From assembly GCA_965203515.1 (NCBI GenBank), contig OZ241907.1, positions 2,848,001 to 2,912,000 of the forward strand: a stretch of 64,000 nt of DNA. Direction: 5' to 3'. This document shows positions 44,936-55,410 of the stretch, piece by piece. Source of the DNA: Spirochaetia bacterium. GTDB taxonomy: Bacteria > Spirochaetota > Spirochaetia > SZUA-6 > Bin103. A program made the translations under genes and the position numbers. Below the pieces are notes generated by a model, which ran no database searches, had not been told where the DNA came from, and was given only the letters and a program-made list of their open reading frames with translations. The first letter of the stretch is position 1, and each line of letters starts with the position of its first letter.

Positions 44936-46870
44936 ATGCGGATCGGAAGAATCGAGGCGGCCGCCGCCATTGCGGCGCTCTTGATCGCGCCGGCGGCGGT
45001 GACGGCGGACACCAACGCCCAGGTCTATCAGCTCGACGAGTGGGTGAGCATGGCGGGGCCGATCGACTCGTTCAGCGAAGCGCCCATGCTGGCGAGCATG
45101 GTGGCGGCCGGCGATCTGCCGCCGCTGGCGGAGCGGCTGCCGAGCAACCCGCTGGTGGTCGAGCCGGTCGACGAGATCGGCCGGTACGGCGGCACGTTGC
45201 GCGAGCTGCGGGCCGAAAACGGCCCGATCAACGCCAACCATTGGGTCTGGGAGTACGCGGCCGCCTACTCGCCGGACATGAGCTCGATCTTCCCCAACGC
45301 GCTGGCCGGCTGGGAGTGGAACGACGAGGTGACGTCGATCACGCTCCACCTGCGCGAAGGGATGAAGTGGAGCGACGGCAAGCCGTTCGTCGCCGACGAC
45401 TTCCTGTTCTACTGGAACGACATCGGCCTCAACGAGGAGTTGAACCCGTCGCCGCCGTCGCAGATGCGGTTCGGCGGCGAAGCCGGCTCCATGACCCGGC
45501 TCAGCGACACCGCCGTGCGGATCGACTGGGAGGTGCCGTCCGGGCTGTTCGTGGAGTTCATGGCGCGCTGGCGCCCCGCCAACTACGCGCACTCGGAGTA
45601 TCTGAGGCAGTTCCATCCTGACTACGCGTCGATGGAGTCGATCGAGACGGCGATGAAGGAGGGCGGCTTCGAGACCTGGACCGATCAGTTCATGACGATC
45701 TACAACCCGCAAAACAGCCCCACCGTGCCGGTGATCGGACCGTGGAAGGTCGAGGGCATGCCGACCGATCAGGTGATCACCATGTCGCGCAACCCCTACT
45801 ACTGGAAGGTCGACACGGCCGGCAATCAGCTCCCCTACATCGACTCGATCCAGTCGACCGGCGTACCGGTGGGCGAGGCGGAGCTCTTGAAGATACTGGC
45901 CGGCGAGTCCGATCTGCAGGCGCCCGGCCAGTGGGGCGGCATCGACAACCTGCAGGTGGTGAACCGGAACGCCGCGGACGCCGGCTATCGCCGCATCCAG
46001 TACTGGTGGCCGGGCGGCGAGCAGGGCCTCATCCTCTTCAACTTCTCGCACCAGGACCCGGTGCTGAAGGAGCTCCAGAACGACAAGCGGTTCCGCATCG
46101 CGCTGTCGCACGCCATCGACCGCGACGAGATCAACCAGACCTTCTACAAGGGGCTGGGCGTGCCGTCGCAGCCGACCGTGCAGGCGGGGCCGCCGTTCCA
46201 TGGCGAGAACCTGTTCAAGGTCTATCTCGATCACGACCCGCAGCAGGCCAACGATCTCCTGGACCAGATGGGGCTGGACCGGCGCGACGGCGACGGTTAC
46301 CGCCTGCGCTCCGACGGCGAGCGCCTGCGCATGCAGATCTACGTGATGCCGCTCGGCCAGAGCAACGAGATCGCCGAGCTGTACAAGGACTACTGGAAGG
46401 AGATCGGCATCGAGATCGTCAACCGGGCGGGAACCTGGGACGCGTTCGGCGCGGTATACAACTCCGGCGAGTTCGACCTGATCATGTTCCCGTTCGGCCT
46501 GGCCGGCCGCCCCATGAACCCGCTGGTGCGCGGCGAGGTGGTGCCGGTCGGCACCTGGTTCTCGCCCAATGCGCCGTGGGCCGCGTGGCTCAACAGCGGC
46601 GGCGACGAAGGCGACGAGCCGCCGGCGGCCCTGAAGCGGATCGCCGAGATGCGCGAACGCGCCATCAGCCTGTCGGACGAAGCGGAGGTGGTCGCCCTGA
46701 CGATGGAGATCTTCGCCATCCTGGAAGACGAACTCTACATGATCGGCGCCGTCCGGCCGCCCACGCAGGACTACTACGGCATCGCCAGCACCGCGCTCGG
46801 CAACGTCCCGGACCCGATCATCGCCGAGCACGTCCACGAGGTCCCGGCGCAGTTCTACGTCAAGCGGTAA
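44936..46870 (+). CDS. ABC transporter substrate-binding protein, family 5
   Basis: Signal peptide; LPPLAERLP, GRYGG, GMKWSDG, RNPYYWKVDTAGNQLPYID; AGGAGG RBS. Confidence 0.93.
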   Translation: MRIGRIEAAAAIAALLIAPAAVTADTNAQVYQLDEWVSMAGPIDSFSEAPMLASMVAAGDLPPLAERLPSNPLVVEPVDEIGRYGGTLRELRAENGPINANHWVWEYAAAYSPDMSSIFPNALAGWEWNDEVTSITLHLREGMKWSDGKPFVADDFLFYWNDIGLNEELNPSPPSQMRFGGEAGSMTRLSDTAVRIDWEVPSGLFVEFMARWRPANYAHSEYLRQFHPDYASMESIETAMKEGGFETWTDQFMTIYNPQNSPTVPVIGPWKVEGMPTDQVITMSRNPYYWKVDTAGNQLPYIDSIQSTGVPVGEAELLKILAGESDLQAPGQWGGIDNLQVVNRNAADAGYRRIQYWWPGGEQGLILFNFSHQDPVLKELQNDKRFRIALSHAIDRDEINQTFYKGLGVPSQPTVQAGPPFHGENLFKVYLDHDPQQANDLLDQMGLDRRDGDGYRLRSDGERLRMQIYVMPLGQSNEIAELYKDYWKEIGIEIVNRAGTWDAFGAVYNSGEFDLIMFPFGLAGRPMNPLVRGEVVPVGTWFSPNAPWAAWLNSGGDEGDEPPAALKRIAEMRERAISLSDEAEVVALTMEIFAILEDELYMIGAVRPPTQDYYGIASTALGNVPDPIIAEHVHEVPAQFYVKR

Positions 46871-46900
46871 CCGCGCCGGCCGCGCACGTAACACCGACCG

Positions 46901-46925
46901 GGGAGGAGGGAGGCTCCCTCCTCCC
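46901..46925. terminator. Perfect 11-bp hairpin downstream of SBP gene
   Basis: GGGAGGAGGGA-GGC-TCCCTCCTCCC. Confidence 0.6.
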
Positions 46926-46963
46926 TGATGAACTCGAAAATGACGTACACGGAGGGATGACAA

Positions 46964-47500
46964 ATGGACTCATTTGAACGACTAGTTCGAGACTGCGCCA
47001 AGAACAACAGGTCCACCGTGATCGAGAATGCTTCTCAGGAACATGCTCTCGTTCTGATCCGCGTGCTGTTCGAGACCGCGTTGCGCCACAAGGAAGAGAT
47101 CCGTATCGTATCCGGCAGCCTCCTGAAGCCTTTCTATGAGCAGCTCGTCGATACCGCTCGGCAGGCGCTCGACCATGGCGTTCGATTTTCGGTCCTGGTG
47201 CGGACCGGCAAACAGCTCGAAGGCAACGGTTTTGCCGAGCTTATGGCAGAGCACAGCAACGGTAGCATCGCCACGTTGGAGGACGATGATAATAAAGGCC
47301 CTCATTTCGTTGTCGTAGGAGCTCGGCGCTACCGGGTAGAAATGGACGACGAACGCAAGATAGCGCTGGCGGCGTTCAATGACGACACCATCGCCCCGCT
47401 GCTTCAAAAGCTCCATGATGGTTTGACGAAGAAGGCCGGGCCTGTTCACTACGGCGACGACACCGTTGTCTCTTCGAAAGCCACCTGCGTTGCAATCTGA
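46964..47500 (+). CDS. Hypothetical protein
   Basis: GGAGG RBS; globular-looking 178-aa ORF (N.S.EHA...IRIVSGSL...HFVVV...YRVE); lower GC. Confidence 0.7.
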   Translation: MDSFERLVRDCAKNNRSTVIENASQEHALVLIRVLFETALRHKEEIRIVSGSLLKPFYEQLVDTARQALDHGVRFSVLVRTGKQLEGNGFAELMAEHSNGSIATLEDDDNKGPHFVVVGARRYRVEMDDERKIALAAFNDDTIAPLLQKLHDGLTKKAGPVHYGDDTVVSSKATCVAI

Positions 47501-48303
47501 TAACGATGCCCGTTCCTTTTGAAGAATGAAAGATCACCGTCCGGTGTAACGACCAAGTGGCCTCCGCGTCCTGGAGAATCCAGCGTCCGGTCGAAACGTC
47601 GGCCCACCGGATTCGGAACTTCGAGTATCTCCTCCACACTGGAGATCTCAACTGACATTTGGCGCTTGAAATACGTCTTCTGTTCGTGCGAGTAGATGGT
47701 CATGATACTCTTAAGAAAGCCATGTTCATACCAACGCCCGATCACATGTCCCGGCACAGGCACGGACAGCAATTCCTCTGCTTCTTCGGCCGTCAACCCT
47801 TTTAAGTACAATACTGTCCGAAAGCGGAAAGTTCGGTAGTCTCCAGCCGTGACGGTCGTTGATTTCGACAATTCTCCGTCCGGAGCCCAGTGGATCGAAC
47901 CGTCCGAGCCGTACTTTCCATGTGTTCCTGGAAACAGAAACTGGAATGTTACAGCATTTACCAAGTCGTTCTTCTTGTGTCGATCATCGACGATCCATCT
48001 GGCTACTTGCAACATCTGTTCTTCGGCATACACTTCGGGAAGTCTTATGATATAGAAACGTCGCTGATCGTCTGGACGATCCCACCGACTTACCTCAATG
48101 ATCTTATGGGCAGGTACGACCTCGACCAACTCCGCTCCGGGAGCGACTTCGCTTGCCTGTTGCCTGTCTCGATCGCCGCAGCCGATCAATCCTACACATG
48201 ATACAATCAAGGCCAAGAGGAACCCGGCCAAGACTCGGCGGTCGTCGGAGCGAAGGTTGCCCAGGGTAAATCGCGCGACGGCGGGCTGCTTCACGGTCGT
48301 CAA
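47449..48303 (-). CDS. Hypothetical exported / lipoprotein
   Basis: Hydrophobic segment ending in LIGC; lower GC; start uncertain. Confidence 0.6.
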   Translation of the reverse strand: MTTVKQPAVARFTLGNLRSDDRRVLAGFLLALIVSCVGLIGCGDRDRQQASEVAPGAELVEVVPAHKIIEVSRWDRPDDQRRFYIIRLPEVYAEEQMLQVARWIVDDRHKKNDLVNAVTFQFLFPGTHGKYGSDGSIHWAPDGELSKSTTVTAGDYRTFRFRTVLYLKGLTAEEAEELLSVPVPGHVIGRWYEHGFLKSIMTIYSHEQKTYFKRQMSVEISSVEEILEVPNPVGRRFDRTLDSPGRGGHLVVTPDGDLSFFKRNGHRYQIATQVAFEETTVSSP

Positions 48304-49161
48304 GGATGCGCTCTCACCGGCATGAACGCCGTACTCGTACCGATTCTTCTCTCGAGTAAGGTGAAAATCTCTTCAAGGCGAACCCGTCGGCTCGCCTGCA
48401 ATCCAAGGCACGTTGCGATCCCGTCGGCGTCCGTGCTGAACCGTTCGGCCAATACAAGCCTGTAGAGGTCGCTCTGACTGTCCTCCATCGCGTAGGCGTG
48501 GAAGTGCATCGAGTCACCTGACATCGACGGATTCGCAAGATGGTCGAACCTGAACTCTCGCATCATGTAATGCAGAAGTCTATCTTGCGTCACCAGCACG
48601 AGCCGTTTGTTGACGTGCTCGAACGTCTGAATCTTGTGATGCATCTGCACCAGGGTAGTCTTGGCGGTCATCTTCCAGTTTACACCGAACCGCTTGTTCG
48701 ACGTCTCGCTCTCGTCGCTGCGCCGAACGCCAAGATCGCGCAGTAGACGCTGGCGCTCCGGCCACACGGTTCCCGTCGTGTCGACGGCCTGAAGTTCTAT
48801 TCCTACGAAATCCTTGACGCGATTCTGTCGAACCGATACCAGAAAGTAGTCGACGGTACCGCCCGGTATCCTCACTTCGGAAACAAGATGAAGCTCGTTG
48901 CCCGGCTCATGGGTCGTCAAGAGATGTAAGCAATCCGTGAATACCTGACCCCTATGGATCAACCGCGCAGGACAGATCAGAACGGGGACAGACGACTTGC
49001 CGTAGAGGATGGTACATGTTCCGATAGATGTATCCGGCTCGCTCTTTCGTACCTTGTAGCACCTTCTTTCCCAAAAACGGACATCGTTGCTCCCGAATGA
49101 TGCGGGTCCAGTCATCTCCGATCACGGTTCGTCTGCCGAACAGCTCCGTTACGGAATTCAT
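48300..49161 (-). pseudogene. NotI-family Type II restriction endonuclease with a 1-nt frameshift near codon 30
   Basis: One frame gives MNSVTELFG...QRCPFLGKK; the next gives CYKVRKSEPDTSIGTC...ICPAR...EV...VDYFLV...GIELQAVDTTG; ATG 49161 overlaps the MTase stop. Confidence 0.8.
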
Positions 49162-50321
49162 AGCAGGCCGGTGCATCGTTCCCTGGAAATATCGATATAA
49201 TCTGATGAAATATCTATTCCTACCGACCGGCGCCCCATATTGCGAGCCGCGAGCAGCGTGGTCCCCGTTCCGCAGAATGGATCGAGCACGATCCCGTTCT
49301 CCGGACAGGTAGCCAATATCGGGATGCGACAGAGGTCGACAGGGTACGGTGCGAAGTGCGCCCTTCTACGCTGGGTATCTTCGGGCATTATGTCCCAAAC
49401 GTCGCTGGGCTTGCTGCCGTTCGGATGGTAGCGCAAGAAGTAGAATCCTTTGTCGCGCAACTCCTTTGCGCGCCCCGAAAGCCTTTCACTGTCGGAATGA
49501 GTAGTACGTTGTTGCGCTCGAATGATCATTCTGAAGTCGGCAAATTTGCCGGCCGCCACAGCGGCCATCATCCTTTCCAAGGCTTGCGACGCGTCCGCTT
49601 TCTCATCATCGGTCAATGCGGTAGATAGTTGGATCTGACGCCTGTAGCGCACGCCCGAAACGCCGGTCGCTGAAACGACAGCGCCGTGGACGATCTTTGC
49701 TTCGCGCGGTTTCCGCCGTATCGCGTCGGCGTTGTAGTAGTAACCTTTGGCCAGCTTCACAAAGTGAAACACGTCTTCGTGAGAGGAGCCCAAACGGTCC
49801 TTGGTGTTGTCCATGCCGCTCTTGACCTTATTCCAAATCACGCTGTTGCGCAGTATCCAGCCCTGCCGGTCGATCAATTCAAAGGCAACGCGCCATGGTA
49901 TTCCTACGAGTCCCTTGTTTACATAGCTGTCGCCGATATTGAGCCAGAACGACCCTTGCGGTTTCAGGACTCGCTTCAATTCCTCGCAGATCGCGCACAG
50001 GTCTCGCACGTAGTCGCGGTGATCGGCCTCGATGCCAAGTCCGCCATTTGCGTATTCCCGCTTTCGCCAATAGGGAGGAGATGTCATGACGCAGTCGATC
50101 GATTCCTTCGGAAGCGCCGTCAGTACGGTGAGCGCGTCGCCATGAAGGAGCAACGGACTATAGATCGCGTCGTTCGCATACTGTCGAAACGCCTTGGCGT
50201 AGTGGTCACCGTCTCCGGTACCGAGGCGGCGCGGCGCGGCTTCCGTAGCGGTGGCGTCCGCAGTCGGTGTCACCGCTCGCGTTCTCCAGGCCGGTGGATC
50301 ACGGCCGTCGCGGGGAGGCAT
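49158..50321 (-). CDS. Site-specific DNA methyltransferase (N4-C/N6-A, beta class)
   Basis: MTSPPY, WLNIGDSY, HFAPYP, VLDPFCGTGTT; start uncertain (may be ~50273). Confidence 0.92.
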   Translation of the reverse strand: MPPRDGRDPPAWRTRAVTPTADATATEAAPRRLGTGDGDHYAKAFRQYANDAIYSPLLLHGDALTVLTALPKESIDCVMTSPPYWRKREYANGGLGIEADHRDYVRDLCAICEELKRVLKPQGSFWLNIGDSYVNKGLVGIPWRVAFELIDRQGWILRNSVIWNKVKSGMDNTKDRLGSSHEDVFHFVKLAKGYYYNADAIRRKPREAKIVHGAVVSATGVSGVRYRRQIQLSTALTDDEKADASQALERMMAAVAAGKFADFRMIIRAQQRTTHSDSERLSGRAKELRDKGFYFLRYHPNGSKPSDVWDIMPEDTQRRRAHFAPYPVDLCRIPILATCPENGIVLDPFCGTGTTLLAARNMGRRSVGIDISSDYIDISRERCTGLL

Positions 50322-50522
50322 CGATCAGGGCGGCGGGCTCGCCGGCCGACAGGAAGAGTCGTCCCGGTCGAGATGGCAGGCAGTCGCGCAGGCAGCGCAT
50401 GGGGCGCCATAGTAGATCGACGGCCGCCGGCTGCGCCAGTGACCGCAATGCGCGGTCTCGTGTCAGCCGGTGGAACGGCTGGCCCCGTGCGGTGCAGCTA
50501 CAGCATAATCGGCTTCTGAACC

Positions 50523-51476
50523 ATGATACGCGTCGAGCATCTCACCAAGCGCTACGGTGAGCGCGTCGCCGTGGACGACGCGAGCTTTTCCGTCGAGCGG
50601 GGCGAGATCGTCGGCTTCCTGGGACCCAACGGCGCCGGCAAGTCGACGACGATGCGCATCATCACCGGCTTTCTCATGCCGACCCGCGGCGACGCGTGGG
50701 TCGGCGGTCACCACATGGCCACCGAGTCGCTGCAGGGGCGCCGGCGCATCGGCTACCTGCCGGAGACGGCGCCCCTGTATGCCGACATGACCACCCGCGC
50801 CTACCTGGAGTACGTGGCCCGCCTGCGCGGGGTGGAACGGCGCGCGGTGCGGGGTCGCGTCGGCGAAGTGGTGGAGCGGTGCGCGCTCGAGGAGTACTAC
50901 GACGTCCTGCTGGCCAAACTGTCCAAGGGCTTCCGCCAGCGGGTCGGGCTGGCGCAGTCGATCATTCACGATCCGGAGGTGCTGATTCTCGATGAGCCGA
51001 CCATCGGCATCGACCCGATCCAGGTAGCGCAGACGCGCCGGTTGATCCGGGAGTTGGGCGAGAACCGCACCATTCTGCTCTCCAGCCACATCTTGCCCGA
51101 GGTGAGCATGGTGTGCGAGCGGGTGATCATCATCCACCAGGGCCGGATCGTGGCCCAGGACAGCATCAAGCAACTCGCCTCCCTGGCGATCGGCGCCGAG
51201 CGGCTGCGGCTGCGCGTGGACGGTCCCGCCGATGCGGTCGGCGCGGCGCTCGACGCAGTTCCGGGCGTCGCCGGCGTGACCTTCCGGCAGCCGGATCACC
51301 TGGTGGAGTTCGCCGCCGGCGAGCGACCGCACGGCGCCATCACCGCCGCCATCGTGGCGCGCGGCTGGACGCTGACCGGCATGGAGACGGTGACGATGAG
51401 CCTGGAGGATATCTTCCTGCAACTCACCGCCGATGACGATGATCCCGACGCCGGCGGCGACGGAGCCGAGGATTGA
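50523..51476 (+). CDS. ABC-2 exporter ATP-binding protein (GldA-like)
   Basis: GPNGAGKSTT, LSKGFRQRVGLAQ, LDEPT. Confidence 0.92.
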   Translation: MIRVEHLTKRYGERVAVDDASFSVERGEIVGFLGPNGAGKSTTMRIITGFLMPTRGDAWVGGHHMATESLQGRRRIGYLPETAPLYADMTTRAYLEYVARLRGVERRAVRGRVGEVVERCALEEYYDVLLAKLSKGFRQRVGLAQSIIHDPEVLILDEPTIGIDPIQVAQTRRLIRELGENRTILLSSHILPEVSMVCERVIIIHQGRIVAQDSIKQLASLAIGAERLRLRVDGPADAVGAALDAVPGVAGVTFRQPDHLVEFAAGERPHGAITAAIVARGWTLTGMETVTMSLEDIFLQLTADDDDPDAGGDGAED

Positions 51477-52189
51477 AGAACATCGCGACCATAGCGCGCA
51501 AGGAACTCGGCACGTACCTGAGCTCGCCGATGGCGTACGTCGTCACGGCGGTGTTCCTGGCGCTGACCGGCACCTTCTTCACGACCTATCTGGCCGGCGT
51601 CGGCTACGCGGACACCAGCATTCGCGGCTTCGTGAACGCCGCGCGCTTCCTGGTGCTGCTGTTCGCGGCGGTGCTCACCATGCGGCTGGTGTCGGAGGAG
51701 AAGAAGGTCGGCACCTGGGAGCTGCTGCTCACCGTCCCGGTGCGCGACGTGGAGATCGTGGTCGGCAAGTTCCTGGGGGCGCTGGCGATGCTCGGCGCCA
51801 TGCTGGCGCTGACCCTGTACTACCCGATCATGCTGCTGGCGTTCGGCGACCCTGACGTCGGGCCGATGGCGACCAGTTACCTGGGACTGTTCCTGCTCGG
51901 CGGCGCCTGCCTGGCGGCAGGGGTGTTCGCCTCGTCGATCACCGCCAACCAGATCGTGTCCGCGGTAGTGGCCGGCGGCATGCTGTTCGGGCTCTGGTTT
52001 CTCGGCGTCCTGGCCAGCCTGGCGCCCGGGGCATTGGGCGACGCCCTTTCGCTGCTCTCCCTGTCGACCTATTTCGCCGACTTCGAGCGCGGCATCGTGG
52101 ACACCCGCGGCGTGGTCTACTACGTGTCCGTCGCTCTGCTGTTTCTGTACCTGTCGGTACGATCCATCGAAGCGGGGAGATGGCGCTGA
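51473..52189 (+). CDS. ABC-2 permease (GldF-like)
   Basis: KELGTYLSSPMAY, TMRLVSEEKKVGTWELLLT, GKFLG. Confidence 0.9.
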   Translation: MKNIATIARKELGTYLSSPMAYVVTAVFLALTGTFFTTYLAGVGYADTSIRGFVNAARFLVLLFAAVLTMRLVSEEKKVGTWELLLTVPVRDVEIVVGKFLGALAMLGAMLALTLYYPIMLLAFGDPDVGPMATSYLGLFLLGGACLAAGVFASSITANQIVSAVVAGGMLFGLWFLGVLASLAPGALGDALSLLSLSTYFADFERGIVDTRGVVYYVSVALLFLYLSVRSIEAGRWR

Positions 52190-53718
52190 TGTCCGGTTCG
52201 ATGCTCGCCATCGTCGGCCTGGCTACGCTGTTCGCGGCGTGGATCATCGGCTTCGTGACGCCGGCGACCCGCGTCGTCACCTACGTCATCGTGGGTCTTG
52301 GCGCCGCGCTGGTCGCCGCCGCGGTGGTGGTCGACTTCCGCCGGCTGGGCGGCGCGCTCGCCAGCCGCCGCGGGCTGTTCGGCGTCGGCGCGGGCGCCGG
52401 CATGGCGCTGGTGCTGGGTATCGTACTCATGGCCAACGCCATCAGCGTACGCGTCCACCACCGCTTCGACCTTACCGGCCTGTCGCAATTCACCCTGACC
52501 ACCCAGACCAAGGAGGTGCTGGCAGCGCTGGAGGAGCCGGTCGAGGTGATCTCCTTCTTCAATCCGGCCGACCCGCGCCTGATCGGTATGCGCGACTTCG
52601 GCCACAACCTGCTGGCGGAGTACCGGACGTACACCGACCGGTTGACCCTGCGCAGCGTGGATCCGGAGCTGCGGCCCGACGTGGCGCGGCAATACCGCAT
52701 CGGCCCGGCGGCCGCCAGCCTCGGCGCCATGGTGTTCGTGGGCGGCGCCGGCCAGCGGCAGGTGTTCGGCCCACAGATCGGCTTCGAGGCCGAACACGCT
52801 TTCACCAGCGCGATCCTGGAGGTGACCGGCGTCAGGCAGCGGATCATCTACTTCCTCACCGGCCACGAAGAGCGCACCATTGCCGGCGACTACGACAGCG
52901 CCCGCCGCGGCCTGCGCGACAATCTGTTCCGGGTAGCGCCGCTCGATCTGCTGCGCGCAGGCGGCGTGCCCGACGACGCCGCCGCCCTGGTGGTCGCCGG
53001 CCCGCGGCAGCCGATCTCCGCCAACGAGCTGGCCATGCTGGACGAGTACCTGCAGCAGGGAGGACGCCTGCTGCTGTTGTTGGATCCCGACCCGCAGGAG
53101 GAGCTGCGCGAGTTGCTGCGCACCTGGTGGCTCGAGGTCGACGACGGCGCGCTGGTCGATCCCGCCGCCCACGTGGTCCCCAACGCGGACGATCCGCTGG
53201 TGGCGCGCAATCGCAATCGCCTGCAGTTGACCGACCTCCACTTTCCCGGCGTGACCGCCGTCCTGCCGCTGCCCGGCCGGCCGGATGAGATCGAAATCGT
53301 GGCGCTGGCATGGACGACGCCGGACGGGTGGCAGGAACGCCGGCCGATCGCCGACGCCGAGCCGGAGTTCGATCCCGCAGAAGACGTTCCGGGACCGTTG
53401 GCGATCGGCGCGCTGCTGGTACGCCGGCCGCCCGGTGAGGATGACCCGAACCGGGCGACGCGCCTGGCGGTGCTGGGCGACTCCGACTTCGCGGCCAACC
53501 GGCACTTTCACGACGGCGGCAACAGCGACCTGTTCCTGACCCTGGTGAACCAGCTCGCGTACGGCGAGGAGATCATCTCGGTCGACCGCAAGGTGCTGCC
53601 GGTTCGCCGGCTGGTGCTGAGCCCGGAGGAGGCGCGCTTCTTCAACCTGTCCAGCGCCGGTCTGCTGCCGCTCCTGGTGCTGATCGCCGGCGGGTTGATG
53701 TGGTGGCGGCGGAGATGA
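52180..53718 (+). CDS. GldG-family ABC auxiliary protein
   Basis: RFDLT...FTLT, YFLTGHEE, VLGDSDF, C-terminal TM then WWRRR. Confidence 0.88.
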   Translation: MALMSGSMLAIVGLATLFAAWIIGFVTPATRVVTYVIVGLGAALVAAAVVVDFRRLGGALASRRGLFGVGAGAGMALVLGIVLMANAISVRVHHRFDLTGLSQFTLTTQTKEVLAALEEPVEVISFFNPADPRLIGMRDFGHNLLAEYRTYTDRLTLRSVDPELRPDVARQYRIGPAAASLGAMVFVGGAGQRQVFGPQIGFEAEHAFTSAILEVTGVRQRIIYFLTGHEERTIAGDYDSARRGLRDNLFRVAPLDLLRAGGVPDDAAALVVAGPRQPISANELAMLDEYLQQGGRLLLLLDPDPQEELRELLRTWWLEVDDGALVDPAAHVVPNADDPLVARNRNRLQLTDLHFPGVTAVLPLPGRPDEIEIVALAWTTPDGWQERRPIADAEPEFDPAEDVPGPLAIGALLVRRPPGEDDPNRATRLAVLGDSDFAANRHFHDGGNSDLFLTLVNQLAYGEEIISVDRKVLPVRRLVLSPEEARFFNLSSAGLLPLLVLIAGGLMWWRRR

Positions 53719-54293
53719 GCGGACTGCGGCCGGTGAACCTGCGTTCGTTGCTGCTGCTGACAGCGGCGGCGGCCGGATTGGCGGTCGCTCTCTACTACAC
53801 TTCCCGCCCGAAACCGCAGCCCCGGCCCGAACCGCGCCCCTTCGTGTGGGGGTTCGACATGATGGAGCTGGTCCGGATGGAGATCGAACTGCCGCGGGTC
53901 GGCATGCGGGAACGATGGAAACGCGGCGAGGACCGACAGTGGTACTTCGACGACGAACAGGGGCAGCCGGTCAACGGCGACCGCTGGGGCGGCGGGATCG
54001 CGCTGCTGGTGAGCGGCCCGGGCGCCAACCGCCGCATCGCCGAGGAGGCCACCGACGAGCAGTTGGAGCGGTTCGGCCTCACCGAACCGCAGATGACGCT
54101 CGGCCTCACCCTGATCGACGGCGAGTTCGTGAAGGTGATCGTCGGCGACGCCACGCCCGACGGACGCAGCTACTACATCAAGGAGCTCACCGACCGCGGC
54201 GTCTACACCGTGGACTTCACGTGGTACGGCGTGCTGGAGCGTCTGGTGACCGACCCGCCCTATCCCCCGCCCGACCGGAAGCCGATCGAGTAG
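53715..54293 (+). CDS. DUF4340-like protein
   Basis: N-terminal TM, LERFGLTEP, VGDATPDG.SYY; typical fourth gene of Gld-like operons. Confidence 0.75.
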   Translation: MSGLRPVNLRSLLLLTAAAAGLAVALYYTSRPKPQPRPEPRPFVWGFDMMELVRMEIELPRVGMRERWKRGEDRQWYFDDEQGQPVNGDRWGGGIALLVSGPGANRRIAEEATDEQLERFGLTEPQMTLGLTLIDGEFVKVIVGDATPDGRSYYIKELTDRGVYTVDFTWYGVLERLVTDPPYPPPDRKPIE

Positions 54294-54381
54294 AGCGCGA
54301 ATCGTGCGCGAGGTTGATCTTGCGGCCCGACTCTGTTCTCATGGGTTCAGTGCGTCACCGGTGTAGCGGAAAGGTCCGGGG

Positions 54382-55410
54382 TTGAGCGGAACGGAACCCA
54401 CAGACCGTCACGCCGAGCGCGAGACGGTACTGGAGGTCGACGGGCTGCGGACGTACTTCTACACCGATGAAGGCGTCGTCAAGGCGGTCGACGGACTTTC
54501 ATACCGGGTGAGGAAGGGCGAATTCGTCGGTCTGGTAGGCGAAAGCGGCTGCGGCAAGAGCGTGAGCGCCATGTCGGTGCTGCGCCTGATTCCGCATCCG
54601 CCCGGCCTGATCGTGGGCGGCGAGATCCGGTTCCATGGCGAAGATCTGCTGAAGGTCGACGAGGCGCGGATGCGCGACATCCGCGGCAACCGCATCGCCA
54701 TGGTGTTTCAGGAACCTACCACCTCCCTCAACCCGGTGCTGACCGTGGGGCGGCAGATCTCCGAGTCGATCGAGCTGCACCGCAACGCCGACAAGGCCGC
54801 GGCAATGGCCGAAAGCGTCAGGCTGCTGGAGTTGGTCGGCATTCCCGACCCGGAGCGGCGCATCAAGGACTATCCCTTCCAGTTCTCGGGCGGCATGCAG
54901 CAGCGGGTGATGATCGCCATGGCGCTGAGTTGCAGCCCCGAGCTGCTGATCGCCGACGAACCGACCACCTCGCTGGACGTGACCGTGCAGGCGCAGCTTC
55001 TGGAGATCGTCGCCGACCTGCGGGAGCAGCTCGACATGGCCGGTATCATCATCACCCACAACCTGGGGCTGGTGGCGCGCTACGTCGACCGCGTCAACGT
55101 GATGTACGCCGGCAAGCTGGTGGAGTCGGGCGCCACCGACGTGATCTTCGCCGAACCCAAGCATCCCTATACCATCGGCCTGATGGCTTCGGTGCCGCGC
55201 CTCGACAGCCCGCGCAGAGCGGCGCCGCGCGCCATCGAAGGGTTGCCGCCCAACCTGGCGCACCTCCCCGACGGCTGCGCGTTTGCGCCGCGCTGCTCGT
55301 TCGCGATGGATCGGTGCCGCGCGGAGGAGCCACGACCGGAGCCGGTCGGCGAAGGCCACTACCGGAGCTGCTTCTACGATGCGAGCAAGCTTCAGAAGGT
55401 GACGATATGA
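54382..55410 (+). CDS. Peptide ABC transporter ATP-binding protein (OppD/DppD-like)
   Basis: [27 protein letters not shown]-terminal Cys cluster. Confidence 0.93.
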   Translation: MSGTEPTDRHAERETVLEVDGLRTYFYTDEGVVKAVDGLSYRVRKGEFVGLVGESGCGKSVSAMSVLRLIPHPPGLIVGGEIRFHGEDLLKVDEARMRDIRGNRIAMVFQEPTTSLNPVLTVGRQISESIELHRNADKAAAMAESVRLLELVGIPDPERRIKDYPFQFSGGMQQRVMIAMALSCSPELLIADEPTTSLDVTVQAQLLEIVADLREQLDMAGIIITHNLGLVARYVDRVNVMYAGKLVESGATDVIFAEPKHPYTIGLMASVPRLDSPRRAAPRAIEGLPPNLAHLPDGCAFAPRCSFAMDRCRAEEPRPEPVGEGHYRSCFYDASKLQKVTI

